Assembly (NCBI RefSeq): GCF_902713615.1
Contig: NC_052151.1
Location: 89,363,304 to 89,427,303, forward strand
Direction: 5' to 3'
DNA length: 64,000 nt
DNA from: Scyliorhinus canicula
Taxonomy: Eukaryota
Each line of letters starts with the position of its first letter. Within the stretch, counting starts at the first letter, position 1. The notes under the pieces are model-generated. The model did not search any database. It was not told the origin of the DNA and saw only the letters and a program-made list of their open reading frames with translations. This document shows positions 51,513 to 63,870 of this stretch, piece after piece. Position numbers and translations under genes: made by a program.

Positions 51513-52184
51513 AATTACGAAAGCAGTTTAGAGTGAAGTACTTTAAAGGCAACTCTGTATTGAAGCAGTATGTTATTAAAGCAGTAACCCTTTGAATTCA
51601 AACTGTAAAAAAAGATTTTTATGACACTTATCTGTCGGTATGCAAAGTCATTGCTGACATTATATACACGTCAATAGGTCTGGCCACCTCTGGCACTGTC
51701 CATGCAAGGCTGTAATACATTGTCAGATGCTATTTTCAGTCTAATGAAATGAAGCAGGAAGAACTATTTTTGAGTTTTATCCATTTGGGCATGTTTCAAA
51801 ACCTGTGATGCAACAGAAAAGGAAAAAAAATTTGCAGATGTTTGTGGGATTTTAAAAATTAATAGTCTATCACAGGGCATAATTTAGGGATAATGATCCT
51901 GTTAGGCACACTGATATCATGTAATCTTTCTCTCTACACACACTGGCCTCCACTTATTGTGCAATATTTGGTCCATGGAATTTATCTTCCATTGGTGATA
52001 TGAGGCATGTTTACATAATGCTGTGTGTGAATGACATAGAACAAGCTCCAAGTGACCTCAAAATGAAGTAAACATTTTATGCCTTTTTTCTGAATAATGA
52101 AGGATCTTTAAAATAGAACTGACTTTCTAAAAAAAAACTTAGTCTGCATTTATATCTGATCAATCCTGGCTGACTACAAATCAA

Positions 52185-53470
52185 GGGCGTAATTTAAAGT
52201 TAATGTTTCTACGGGTCATTTCAGGTGGCTTTTGCTAGGAGTTTCTCCCCGGCTCCATCAGCAACTTCCCCACTTCTATCTGACCACACGTCAGTAATTT
52301 CTTTGGGCCCTGAGGAGTTACTCACCGGTTTAGCCTATACTTAGAATTATTTTCATGATTGGGTAGCTGAGCATGCTGACCAGACCGGCTCCTCAGAGAT
52401 CGGGCTATCATTTTGAAAGGGTGCCCTGATCTCCAAGTGGGATTGAGGGTCCCCCACACACCCACCCACAGACAATGTCACCCCTCACACCCCCACCCAC
52501 AGACAATGTCACCCCCTACATGCCTAGGCATTACCTCCCCCCCCCCCCCCCCCCGCGCCCCCAAGAGATGACACACCACTATGTGGTTGCTGAGGGCCCT
52601 CATCCTTTTTCAGGCCTTCACACACCTCTTTTCAGGCACCCCCCCCCCCCCTCCAGGACCCCCACCTTTCATGCCCCCCGACCTTCCGGATGTTACTTAA
52701 TGTCCGCACTGCACCCCCCACCCTTCATACCAGCCATGCATCGTCCTTGTTCCCTCTATGTTCTATGTTTCTATGTTCATGAGCATGGCCCCCTCAGGCC
52801 CTGATCCTTGGCAGTGGCACCTGGTCACTCTGGAACTGCCACCCTTATAACTAGCTGTGCTCCTGCCAGCTTGGCAGTGCCACCCAGGCACATTGGTTGT
52901 GCCCAGGTGGCTGTGCCAAGGTGCCCACATGCCAGGGGGAGAGCCAAGGTGCCACCATGTGCTGACCCTGACCAATTGGGGTCTCCATTTGCCTGGACAA
53001 ACCCCAGGTGCTATTCGACCTGGTCCACATTTGTGTGGACCTGTACTAATTGCCGCCCAGCTAGGGTCTCCCTGGTAGATTCTGGGAGCTGGTTCGGTCT
53101 GGTGTCAGCACATTTTAAACCCACTTATGGCTGTGAAAAATGAAAATCGCTTATTGTCACGAGTAGGCTTCAATGAAGTTACTGTGAAAAGCCCCTAGTC
53201 GCCACATTCCGGCGCCTGTCCGGGGAGGCTGGTACGGGATCAAACCGTGCTGCTGGCCTACTTTAAAAGCCAGCGATTTAGCCGAGTGAGCTAAACCAGC
53301 CCCTGTGAGGATGGATCCCGCCCATTGTATCCGGATCCTAAACGCGAGACGTCGTGAGATCTGTTTAGATCTTGCGATGGGTACTGGCTGTCAGGAAGCC
53401 CGGGGAAGGACTCTCCCAGCATCTCACCGCGCCCCCATTCAGGCACAACGTGGCCAGTAGATCACACCTC
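52185..53470. mobile_element. Non-autonomous Harbinger-like element with small nested insertions
   Basis: GGGCGTAATTT terminus; internal similarity to 12631-13632. Confidence 0.55.
53137..53303 (-). mobile_element. Short tRNA-derived SINE
   Basis: GGGGCTGGTTTAGCTCACTCGG A box, GGTTTGATCCC B box, (TTTTCA) tail and TSD TGTGA. Confidence 0.85.
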
Positions 53471-54444
53471 AACTTTACAGCACCAGACAAGAAGTGAGAT
53501 TTTCCAGTAGGATCTCATCAGTAGGATTTTCCGGTTCCGGCGCACTAGCTGCGAGTTCCCTGGCGGTGAGGGTGACATTCAGTGGAACTCTTTTGACAAT
53601 GGTGGGACCAGAAGATTCCACTGGTGGTGGGTTGTGCAGAAAATCCCGCTCAAGAGCTCTAATCATTTGTACTATATGCTAGTGCTGTGTTTTGGACTAT
53701 TAAACTTTAAATGTTTTGAGAGCACAGCCAGAAGCATTCACATGTCTGTGCTGTTGAAACACTGGTCGCCCTCTTGACTCTGAGTCAAAAGATTGTGGGC
53801 TCAAGATCCCAGCACTGATTGTCACCCACCTCTGGTTGCAGCCTCTCTGCGGAGGCCGAAGAATCGAAGGAGGTCGCTGGATCCATGCAGGTAGGTTGTA
53901 AGTAGGTTCACGACCTACTCCGCGAGTGTCATGAGGTTATGAAGGAGTGAGATAAAGGCAAGTTGTTCCTTTAACATTTTCAGAACATCTTTAAAAACTC
54001 TGCCTAAAATGCAAATCACCTCTGAAAAATTATTTTTGTGTGTCATACAGCTGCTGGAGGTGAAGGGTCTCACACCACGTACGCTAGCAGTCCACTTCAC
54101 ATATCAATTCAAAAATGATTTTCCAACTATGAAAACCGCAGACCAACAGAGCAAAGTTGTTCTTCAACTAGCTGTCAGGACTAATTGCATGTGCTGTCTT
54201 ACCTTTTCAAGGCCTCCGTTAACGTAGAACATAGAACATAGAACAGTACAGCACAGATCAAGCACTGACCATGTTGTTGCTCATGAATCAGAAACGATAT
54301 CCCTGGTTGACAGAATGAGGCAGCAGTGCGCTGCACTCACAACTTATTTTAGTTTAGTTATTTTAGATTTCATGACCAGAAAGCAGATACATATTTACAG
54401 TCGAGTCCCAACATATGAAACATTCCTCAAACATAGAAGTCATA

Positions 54445-54765
54445 GAAGCAGGTCGCATAGTGGTTAGCACAATGGCTTCACAGCGCCAGAGTCCCAGGTT
54501 CGATTCCCGGCTTGGGTTACTGTCTGTGCGGAGTCTGCACGTTCTCCCCGTTTCTGCGTGGGTTTCGTCCCACAGTCCAAAGATGTGCAGGAGTAGGTGG
54601 ATTGGCTATGCTAAATTGCCCCTCGTGTCCAAAAAAAAGATAAGGTGGGGTTAGGGTGGAAGTGTGGGGATAGGGTGGAGGTGTGGGCTTGGGTAGGGTG
54701 CTCTTTTCAAGGGCCGGTGCAGACTCGATAGGCCGAATGGTCTCCTTGTGCACTGTAAATTCTGT
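54445..54765 (+). mobile_element. HE1-like SINE
   Basis: B box, core and tail. Confidence 0.88.
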
Positions 54766-54809
54766 GAAATGATGCATGCATGTTATTTATGCCATGATAT
54801 TTGGCATGT

Positions 54810-55242
54810 GGTAAAGTCACCGTAGACCCAGATGACCAAAGGCTGCTTTTCCCTTTAATGGGAAGAGCTGACTGGTGGTGGTTTAACCTGAGGATCACCA
54901 CACCTCAGGTGAGGGGCAAGGTTGAGAAGGCAAGGCCTTCATTAACAACCTCAGCTGGTACGGGAAATGAACCCACACTGCTGGCCTTGCTCTGCAACCC
55001 AAACCAGCTGGAGGCCGATTTAGCTCACTTGGCTAGACAGCTTGATGCAGAATAAGGCCAGCAGCAGAGGTTGAATTCCTGTATCGGCTGAGGTTATTCA
55101 TGAAGGCCCTGCCTTCTCATCCTTGCTCCTTGCCTGAGGTGTGGTGATCCTCAGGTTAAACCACAACCAGTCAGCTCTCCCCCTCAAAGGGGAAAGCAGC
55201 CGATGGTCATCTGGGACGATAGCAACTTTACCTTTACCTTTA
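54810..55242. repeat. Two head-to-head inverted tRNA-SINE copies with (CTTTAC)n tails
   Basis: GTTTAACCTGAGGATCACCACACCTCAGG versus CCTGAGGTGTGGTGATCCTCAGGTTAAAC. Confidence 0.85.
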
Positions 55243-55428
55243 TTTGACATAAGTCGCATTCTCCTCAACTATCTGGATGTTTAAAATCAACCCACTTCGA
55301 TCAAGTTATGAAATATATGATGAAATAAGCTACAGAACCTTGCCTCGATATGCATCAAGGTTCAACTGTAGCTACGATTAAACCACACAACTACAGGAGA
55401 AAAATTGTTTTATTAAAGCCAAGAAGTG

Positions 55429-55645
55429 TGTGGTGATATGCATCACAGTAAATGCACAAGGGGTTAATATAAATACACGTAGACTAGCTAGACACTAGAG
55501 GGAGCGCCAGAGACATAACACACAGACATTCAACCAATAGGCCAGTAAGATAGGACAGGACCAATGGGCATTCAAGACACGCCGAGATGTGACACTACCA
55601 CAGGAGGGCATTACACCAACCCACATATAAGGACACAGTACACAT
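55429..55645 (+). mobile_element. LTR 5' fragment
   Basis: TGTGGTGATATG start, CCAAT boxes and TATAA; cut off by the following MITE. Confidence 0.55.
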
Positions 55646-56210
55646 GGGGCGAGATTCTCCGCAAATGCGGAGAATCGTAAAGGCTGCCGTGGGACAGGCC
55701 GTGATCCACGGCAGCCTTCACGGCCACTTCCAGGACCGATTCTCCCCCCCGGATGGGGCTAGGAGCGCGGCCCCGTGTGTCACGGCGGCGTGGCCTTGAC
55801 GACGGTCGTCAAGGCCGCACGTCAAGCGTCACGGCCGATGACGTCAGCCGCGTATGCGCAGGTTGGACAATGCCAACCCGCGCATGCGCAGTTGGCGTCT
55901 TTCTCCTCAGCCGCCCGGCAAGACGTGACAGCTTGATCTTGCCGGGCGGCTGAGGGGAAAGAGTGCATCTGTTTTGGACGCTGGCCCGACGATCGGTGGG
56001 CACCGATCACGGGCCTGTCCCCTCCAGTGCATAATCGTGGTGCTCCCGTGCCAATCAGGCCTCTAGATGCCCCAAACGGGCATCTGGCGCCCGTTTCACG
56101 ACGGCAGCAAGCAGGTGTATTTGCTGCCGTGGTGAAACGGGCGTGAAGGCCCGGCCGCTCGGCCTCGGAGAATCGCCGCTCACCGTTTTTCGTGGCGTGG
56201 GTCAGGCATG
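55646..56210. mobile_element. CpG-rich Harbinger-like MITE (homolog of 22760-23483), truncated
   Basis: GGGGCGAGATTCTCCG TIR and collinear internal homology. Confidence 0.8.
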
Positions 56211-56214
56211 GGGG

Positions 56215-57495
56215 GGGGCAATTTAGCATGGCCAATTCACCTAACCCGCACATCTTTGGACTGTGGGAGGAAACCGGAGCACCCGGAGGAAACCCACGCA
56301 CACCCGGGGAGGACGTGCAGACTCCGCACAGACAGTGACCCAGCCGGGAATCGAACCTGGGACCCTGGAGCTGTGAAGCATTGATGCTAACCACCATGCT
56401 ACCGTGCTGCCCAACATTCAATGTGAAATAAAAGCGTAAGTCAACAGTCCTCCATACATTAAAGCTTAAAGAATGAATTTCACCATTAATAACCTTCTAA
56501 AATCAATTAGCCACAGAGAATAATAATTAACATTCCATGGTCCTGTGTAAAAAGAATTAATTCTGTGTCTGAGGGTGGCACAGTGACAGAGTGGTTAGCA
56601 CTGTTACCTCACAGCGCCAGGGACCTGTGTTCGATTTCAGCCTTCGATGACATTCTCACCGTGACTGTGCATATTTCCTCCGGATACACCTGTTTCCTTC
56701 CACAGTCCAAAGATGTGCAGGTTAGGTGAATTGACCATGCCAAATTGCCCCTTAGTGCCCAAGGATGTGAAGGTTAAGTGGATTGGCCATAACCAATGCG
56801 CAGGGTCATGGGGAGAGGGCGGGGGAATGGGGCTACGTAAAGTGCTCTTCAAAAGGTCAGTATGGACACAAATAGCCCTGTCTGCACTGTTGGGGTTGTA
56901 TGGAAAGTGGTAAGTAATGATTAATGGTAGCTTTGAGTTACTGAGTCTGACTATATGGATCTGTGCAGGTTAGAGCACGGTAGCATGGTGGTTAGCATAA
57001 AATGCTTCACAGCTCCAGGGTCCCAGGTTCGATTCCCGGCTGGGTCACTGTCTGTGTGGAGTCTGCACGTCCTCCCCGTGTGTGCGTGGGTTTCCTCCGG
57101 GTGCTCCGGTTTCCTCCCACAGTCCAAAGATGTGCGGGTTAGGTGGATTAGCCATGCTAAATTGCCCGTAGTGTCCTAAAAAGTAAAGGTTGTGGGGGGG
57201 GGGGGGGGGGGGGGTTGTTGGTTTACGGGTATAGGGTGGATACGTGGGCTTGAGTAGGGTGGTCATTGCTCGGCACAACATCGAGGGCCGAGGGGCCTGT
57301 TCTGTGCTGTACTGTTCTATGTTTTAGATAGATTGACCATGATAGAATTTCCCCATTGTGTCCAAAGATGGACAAGTTAGCTGGAGTTATGGGAATAAGG
57401 CAGGGGAGAGGGCATCGGTAGGGTGCTCTTTCAGAGGGTCAGTGCAGACTCGATGTACCAAATGGCCTCTTTCTGCAAAATAGGGATTCTATGGA
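56215..57495. mobile_element. Cluster of HE1-like SINEs (56215-56412 on -, 56572-56900 on +, 56973-57325 on +, 57325-57495 partial on +)
   Basis: Repeated heads, cores and tails. Confidence 0.88.
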
Positions 57496-57812
57496 GCATA
57501 GAAGGAAGCCATTCAGCTCATTTATTTTCGTTCATTTGAAAAGAAACCCAGTCAATCAACCACACTTCTCCACCTGGTCTTTCCCAAAAAGAAATTCTCC
57601 AAGTATTTATCCATTTTCCTTTTAAACACTCTGTTGAATGTCTAACCACTGCAATATCACTGAATATTCCACATTCTTATCATTCATCATGCAAAAGATT
57701 TTCATCAGGTCACCTCCAGTTCTTTTGCCAAGCAGCTTAAACAATGTTACATCTGGACCATTGATCCTTTAGGCATTGGAAGCAGATTCTATTGATTCCA
57801 TCTAGAACATCT

Positions 57813-58091
57813 TGATGTACCATCAATTCGACTCAAGACACAATTAGGATCCGAACTGGCTTTAATCAGCTAGTTGTTAGCCCGGTGGTCGACTACAGAG
57901 AATGGCCGACCGCCGGGAACTCTGGGTAGTTATACCCCGCCTCGGAGGCGGGGCCTACTTGCCTCTCGACCAATTGGAGAGCAGTCACATAACTAGTTCC
58001 AACCAATCGGACGAGAGGCACATGACCAGCCAGAGCCAATGGGAAGCCAGTGCTCTGCACCAATGGCAGTGCTCATATCCATACCACCACA
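57813..58091 (-). mobile_element. Short solo LTR (279 bp) in an old CR1 3' fragment
   Basis: TG...CA ends and TSD CATCT at 57808-12/58092-96; the end AATTGATGGTACATCA resembles the LTR at 62781. Confidence 0.9.
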
Positions 58092-58739
58092 CATCTATAA
58101 TTTTATAAACCTCAATCAAATGCCCTCAGGCTTCTTGGCTCTCAGGAGAACAACTCCAGCTTCCTTGTAATCCCTCATCCCTGGATACTCAACAAAGTTT
58201 CTACATCCATTGGGTGCTCAGATGCTCAGAGTTGGAAACCATTGTCACAGTGAGGTCAAACTGTTTTCTATAGGTTCAGAAAACCCTCTTGGCTTTTGTA
58301 ATCTGTGCTTCTGTTTATAAAGCCCATCAAAAGCACAGGTTTCAGTTCAATACATTTTACAATTACTGCTTTGTCAGGCAGTCACACACAACGTAGTCAT
58401 TCATATTATACAACCAGCTCTGCTTCTTTGAACCCAGCCCTATGCAATATCTGGACAACAACATCCAAAATATTTGAACCTCATAAGAAACGCAAACAAC
58501 AATCCTATCTACAAATAAGACGATCTTGAACTAACAGTGACGTATTCTATTGGCGCATGACTTCTCATTACACTTCCAAGTTAAAAAAATGGCAAACTTG
58601 CATACCTGACCAGGACACACATGAGCGGGTTCTACCCGGCAGACAAATGTGAGCAGTGTTATACAATCATAGAATTTACAGTGCAGACGGAGGCCATTCG
58701 GCTGATTAAGTCTGCACTGGCCCTTGGAAAGAACACCCT

Positions 58740-59880
58740 AGAGTGGTCCGGCCAACCACACCCACATGTTCTGGTCCTGCCCCAATTTGATCAGGTTCTC
58801 GACCGCCTTCTTCGAGCCCATGTCCAAGGTTGTGAGGCCCTTTAGTGGCGGTCCTCGGGGTCTCAGAGCATCCAGAGTTCTTCATGGGAAGTGGGCCGAC
58901 ACCCTGGCCTTCGCCTCCTTGATAGCCTGCTGGAGATTCATGCTCAGATCGTGGTCAGCAGCGCCATCCAAGGCCGCAGGTTGGCTATCCAACCGAGTGG
59001 AATTCCTGAAACTAGCTGACCAACATCTTCAAAGACCTATTTGTGACCAGCAACAAGGCTTTTGGGGGCGGGGGGGGGGGGGGGGGGGGGGGGGTGACGA
59101 GCAGAGTTTGGGGGGGGTGAAGAGCAGAGGTTGGGGGGGGGGGGGGATACAGGAAGAGGGAAACCCAGAAGAGAGGGACTTGGGTAGGGGGGGGAAAAGA
59201 GTGTGAGGGAGGGGAGGTAGTAACACCCATAACCAATATACAGTACAACAGGGGCCTGGGGCCCATGAGCAAGACTACAGCAACACACAGAGTCCCCAGA
59301 TGAGGCCTCAGCACCTTTGGTTGTCCTGCCTTGAGGTGCTGTACCCTGGGAATACCAGCTACCACCCGCACCTCAGGTGACATTGGTGTGAGTTCTCTTT
59401 TTTTTCCTGTTAATCTACCGTACCTGTAAATATTAACCACTCTGGCAAGATGCATACCACAAGTTTTTAATAAAAGTAATTATCTTTATTGTCACAAGTA
59501 GGCTTACGGGAGGAAGAATTCAGAATATCCAATTCACCTAACAGCACGCCTTTCAGGACTTGTAGGAGGAAACCGGAGCACCCGGAGGAAACCCACGCAG
59601 ACAGAGGGAGAATGTGCAGCCTCCATACATGACCCAAGCCGGGAATCGAACCTGGGACCCTGGGGCTGTGAAGCAACAGTGCTACCCACTGTGCTACCGT
59701 GCTGTCCCAAATTAGAAGCACTTGATATTTCTGCCCGGTGTCTAGGTTAAATTCAAAGAAGTATTATATTTAATCCTGTTATTTTGGTAGAAAACAACTA
59801 TATAGTCAGACCATGTGTGGGGTATGTTTGTTATAAAACGAAAATCTTTCAATAAAAATAATATATTTTTTTTAAATGGC
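58740..59880 (+). mobile_element. L1/Tx1-clade LINE 3' remnant, interrupted by a SINE at 59470-59708 (-)
   Basis: ANHTHMFWSCP zinc-knuckle end, G-rich 3' UTR and AATAAAAA. Confidence 0.7.
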
Positions 59881-60139
59881 AAACCTTCCAGTAAATTAAC
59901 ACCATCTATAACACCTGCAATAATTTGCTACTTCTATCCACACAAGTGGATAGAAACTAACCACACTTACTGATGCCCAGCATGGAGCATATAATAGGAG
60001 AGCAAAGTGGTGAAGATGCCAGAAATCTGAATGAAAAATGCTGGAAATACTCAGCAGATCCAACATAATAATAATCTTTATTGTCACAAGTAGGCTTACA
60101 TTAACACTGCAATGAAGTTACTGTGAAAAGCCCCTAGTC

Positions 60140-63010
60140 GGATGGAGTGGAGCGCGTCAGGAGGACCTCCTGCCAGCGGGAGACCGGAAGATTTTTAGAC
60201 CACAGGGCCAGCAGGAAGGCCTTCCAGACTGTCCCATTCTCCCTCTCCACCTGTCCGTTTCCCCGGGGGTTGTAGCTGGTCGTCCTGCTCGAGGCAATGC
60301 CCTTGCTGAGCAGGAACTGACGCAGCTCATCACTCATAAAAGAGGATCAACGATCGCTGTGGACGTAGGTGGGGAAACCGAATAGTGTGAAGATGCCGTG
60401 GAGGGCTTTAATGACCGTGGCAGAAGTCATGTCGGGCCTTCCCCTTATTTTGAGGCGATGCCCCCTAGTTCTGCTTTCACCCGCCAGTGGAAACAACCTG
60501 CCCACATATATTCTATCTATTCCCTTCATAATTTTATATGTTTCTATAAGATCCCCCCTCATCCTTCTAAATTCCAACTAGTACAGTCCCAGTCTACACA
60601 ACATCTCCTCGTAATCCAACCCCTTCAACTCTGGGATTAACCTAGTGAATCTCCTCTGTACACCCTCCTGATCTCCCATTATTAAATCTCCCTTCTCATC
60701 CTCTAAAGGACCAATATTTACCTAAGCCACTCTTTTATGTTTTATATATTTATAAAAACTTTTACTATCTTTTTATATTCTGAGCAAGTTTACTCTCATA
60801 ATCTATTTTACTCTTTATAGCTATTTTAGTAGCTTTCTGTTGCCCCCTAAAGATTTCCCAGTCCTCTAGTCTCCCACTAATCTTTGCCACTTTGTATGCT
60901 TTTTCCTTCAATTTGATACTCTCCCTTATTTCCTTAGATATCCACAGTCGATTTTCACTCTTTCTACCGTCCTTCCTTTTTGTTTGTGTAAATCTTTGCT
61001 GGGCACTGTGAAAAATCGCTTGGAAGGTTCTCCACTGTTCCTCAACTGTTTCACCATAAAGTCTTTGCTCCCACTCTACCTTGGCTAGTTCTTCTCTCAT
61101 CCCAATGTAACCTCCTTTGTTTAAGCACAAAACACTAGTGTTTGATTTGACCTTCCCACCCACCATCTGTATTTTAAATTCCACCATATTGTGATCGCTC
61201 CTTCCGAGAGGATCCCTAACTATGAGATCATTAATCAATCTTGTCTCATTACACAGGACCAGATCTAGGACCGCTTGTTCCCTCGTGGGTTCCATTACAT
61301 ACTGTTCTCGGAAACTATCGCGGAGATATTCTATAAACTCCTCCTCAAGGCTGCCTTGACCGACCTGGTTAAACCAATCGACATGTAGATTAAAATCCCC
61401 CATGATAACTGCTGTACCATTTCTACATGCATCAGTTATTTCTCTGTTTATTGCCTGCCCCACCATAATATTATTATTTGGTGGCCTAAGGACTACTCCT
61501 ATCAGTGACTTTTTCGCTTTACTATTCCTGATTTCCACCCAAATGGATTCAACCTCATCCTACACAGCACCGATGTCATCCTTTACTATTGCCCGGATGT
61601 CATTCTTAAATAACAGAGCTACACAACCTTCTTTACCATCCACTCTGTCCTCCCAAATACTTTGATTCCCTCGGATATTTAACTCCCAGTTGTGACCAAT
61701 CTGATTGACCATGTGAGATATGGGTGAGAGGGGGTACACGTCGAGCTGGGTGTACCGATTGATGGTCTGACTGTAGTCAATGACTATCCTGTGCTTCTCC
61801 CCAGTCTCTACTACTACCACTTGAGCTCTCCAGGGGCTGTTGCTGGCCTCAATGACCCCTTCCTGCAGAAGCCGTTGGACCTCCGACCTGATGAAGGTCC
61901 TGTCCTGGGCACTGTACCATTTGCTCCTGGTGGCGACGGTTTTGCAATCCAGGGTGAGGTTAGCAAACAAGGAAGGTGGATCGACCTTGAGGGTCATGAG
62001 ACCGCATACGGTGAGGGGGGGTAGGGGTCCGCCGAATTTTAAGGTTAAGCTTTGGAGGTGGCACTGGAAGTCCAGGCCAAGTAACAGGGCAGCGCAGAGG
62101 TGGGGGAGGATGTAGAGCCGGAAGTTGCTAAACTCTACGCCTTGGACTGTGAGGGTCGTGATGCAGTACCCCCGGATTTCCACGGAATGGGATCCGGAGG
62201 TCAGAGAGATTTTCTGGGTAACAGGGTGTACTCTGAGGGAGAAGCACCTTACCGTACTGGGGTGGATGAAGCTCTGTGTGCTCCCGGAGTCAAAAAGGCA
62301 GGTCGTCTCGTGCCCATAGATTTTCACCATCGTTGTTGCGTTCGCAAGTTTGCGGGACCGAGACTGATCCAGAGTGATCGAGACGAGCTGCGGCAGATGC
62401 TGGGAGGTCCCGGGCTGGTCAGCGGTGGTGGAGGTAGCGGCAGGTGATGAACGGCCAGACGAGCAGGGGTCCTGAGGCGCCGTCCAAAATGGCTTGCGAG
62501 GAGGAAAATGGCGGTGCCCCTGGGTCGCATGTGGGGGATGTAGGAATGCCGGGCCTGGAAACAGCAGCGACCAACCGGGCAAACAGAAACAAAGTGTCCC
62601 TTCTTTCCACATCCGTTGTAGGTGGCGCTCCGCACTGGGCAGTGTTGCCGGGGTTGCCCGCAAAAATAGCACTTGTGCCCCCCTGGTGTTGGCTGGCTGC
62701 CGTGTGGCTTGAGGGCTCAGCTGCAGGCGATCAGGCTTGATGGGAAGATTAATCGTTTTAAAAATCTTTGCTCAATAAATTGATGCACTATCAATTACCA
62801 CAAAGACGAGAGTAATAGAATAATCGAGGCTTTATTGAGCAAAGATGTTGTGCCTCCTGTAGCTGCTACCAGAATGGCTGCAGCACCGGCGAGCACACAC
62901 ATTTATACGCCGCCTACTGGGCGGAGCCAGCAGGCAGGGATTTACCCATGTACCTCTAGTATACGTGCCTTACCGTAATACATATAATACTGCTAGTGGT
63001 GACTACCACA
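60140..63010 (-). mobile_element. Rearranged Gypsy element: 5' LTR 62781-63010, gag/PR/RT 61697-62755, integrase 60140-60437
   Basis: Gag CGKKGHF..VC, protease LFDSGS, RT SPWRAQV...IDYSQTIN and integrase HSDR...YNPRGNGQVER. Confidence 0.88.
60438..61696 (-). mobile_element. CR1 EN fragment joined to a CR1 RT C-terminus, embedded in the Gypsy
   Basis: RPPN, MGDFN, LDLVL and SDHN; internal deletion at about 60670; EFRRMRGDLIETYKI. Confidence 0.9.
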
Positions 63011-63159
63011 CTACCCAAAGCGTCTGTACAGAGAGAAAAAGATTCAATGCTTCCATCTGTAATAGGTCTGACAAAAGGTCACTGACCTCTGTTTCTATCT
63101 GCACAGATGCCGTCAAATGTGCTGAGCGTTTCCAACACTGAGATCAAAAATATGAACAG

Positions 63160-63870
63160 AGAAACAAGGAGCAGGATTAGACCATTCATCCCCTCGAGCC
63201 TGCTTCACCATTTAATAAGATCATGGCCGATCAGATAGGAAGCTCACAACCTGCATCCCGTCCACCCCTGATAACCTATCACCCCTTTGTTTACCAAGAA
63301 TCTCTTCACATTTTGGAAGACTCTGCCCCAAACAACTTTTCAGAAAAAGAGTTCCACAGACTCACGACTCTGAATGAGAAAATATTGCCTCATCTCCATT
63401 TTAAATGGGTGACCCCTTACTTTTAAACAGTGACCACTAGTTCTAGATTTTCCCACAAGATGAAACATCCTCGCCTTATCTACCCTGTTAAGATCCCTCA
63501 GGATCTTATAAATTTCAATCAAGCCCTCTTATTCTTCTAAACTCCAGTTGATAAAGGCCTAGCCTGTCCAACCTTTCTTCATAAGACAATCTACCCATTC
63601 CAGGCATTAGTCTGGTAAATCATCTCTGAATTGCTTCCAATGCATTTATGTCTTTCCTTAAAGAAGGTACTAACTGTATGCAGTACTCCAAATGTTGTCT
63701 TAACCGTGCCCTATATAACTGAAGCATAACCTCCCTACTTTTATATTCATTTCCCTACGCAATAAACAATAGCATTCTATTAGCTTTCCTAATTGCTTGC
63801 TGTACCTGCATACCAGACTTTTGTGACTCATGCAATAGGACACACAGATTCCGTGGCACCTCAAATAGCC
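63160..63870 (-). mobile_element. Old CR1 3' fragment
   Basis: IEIYKILRDLNRVD...SRTSGHCLK followed by the tail. Confidence 0.85.
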
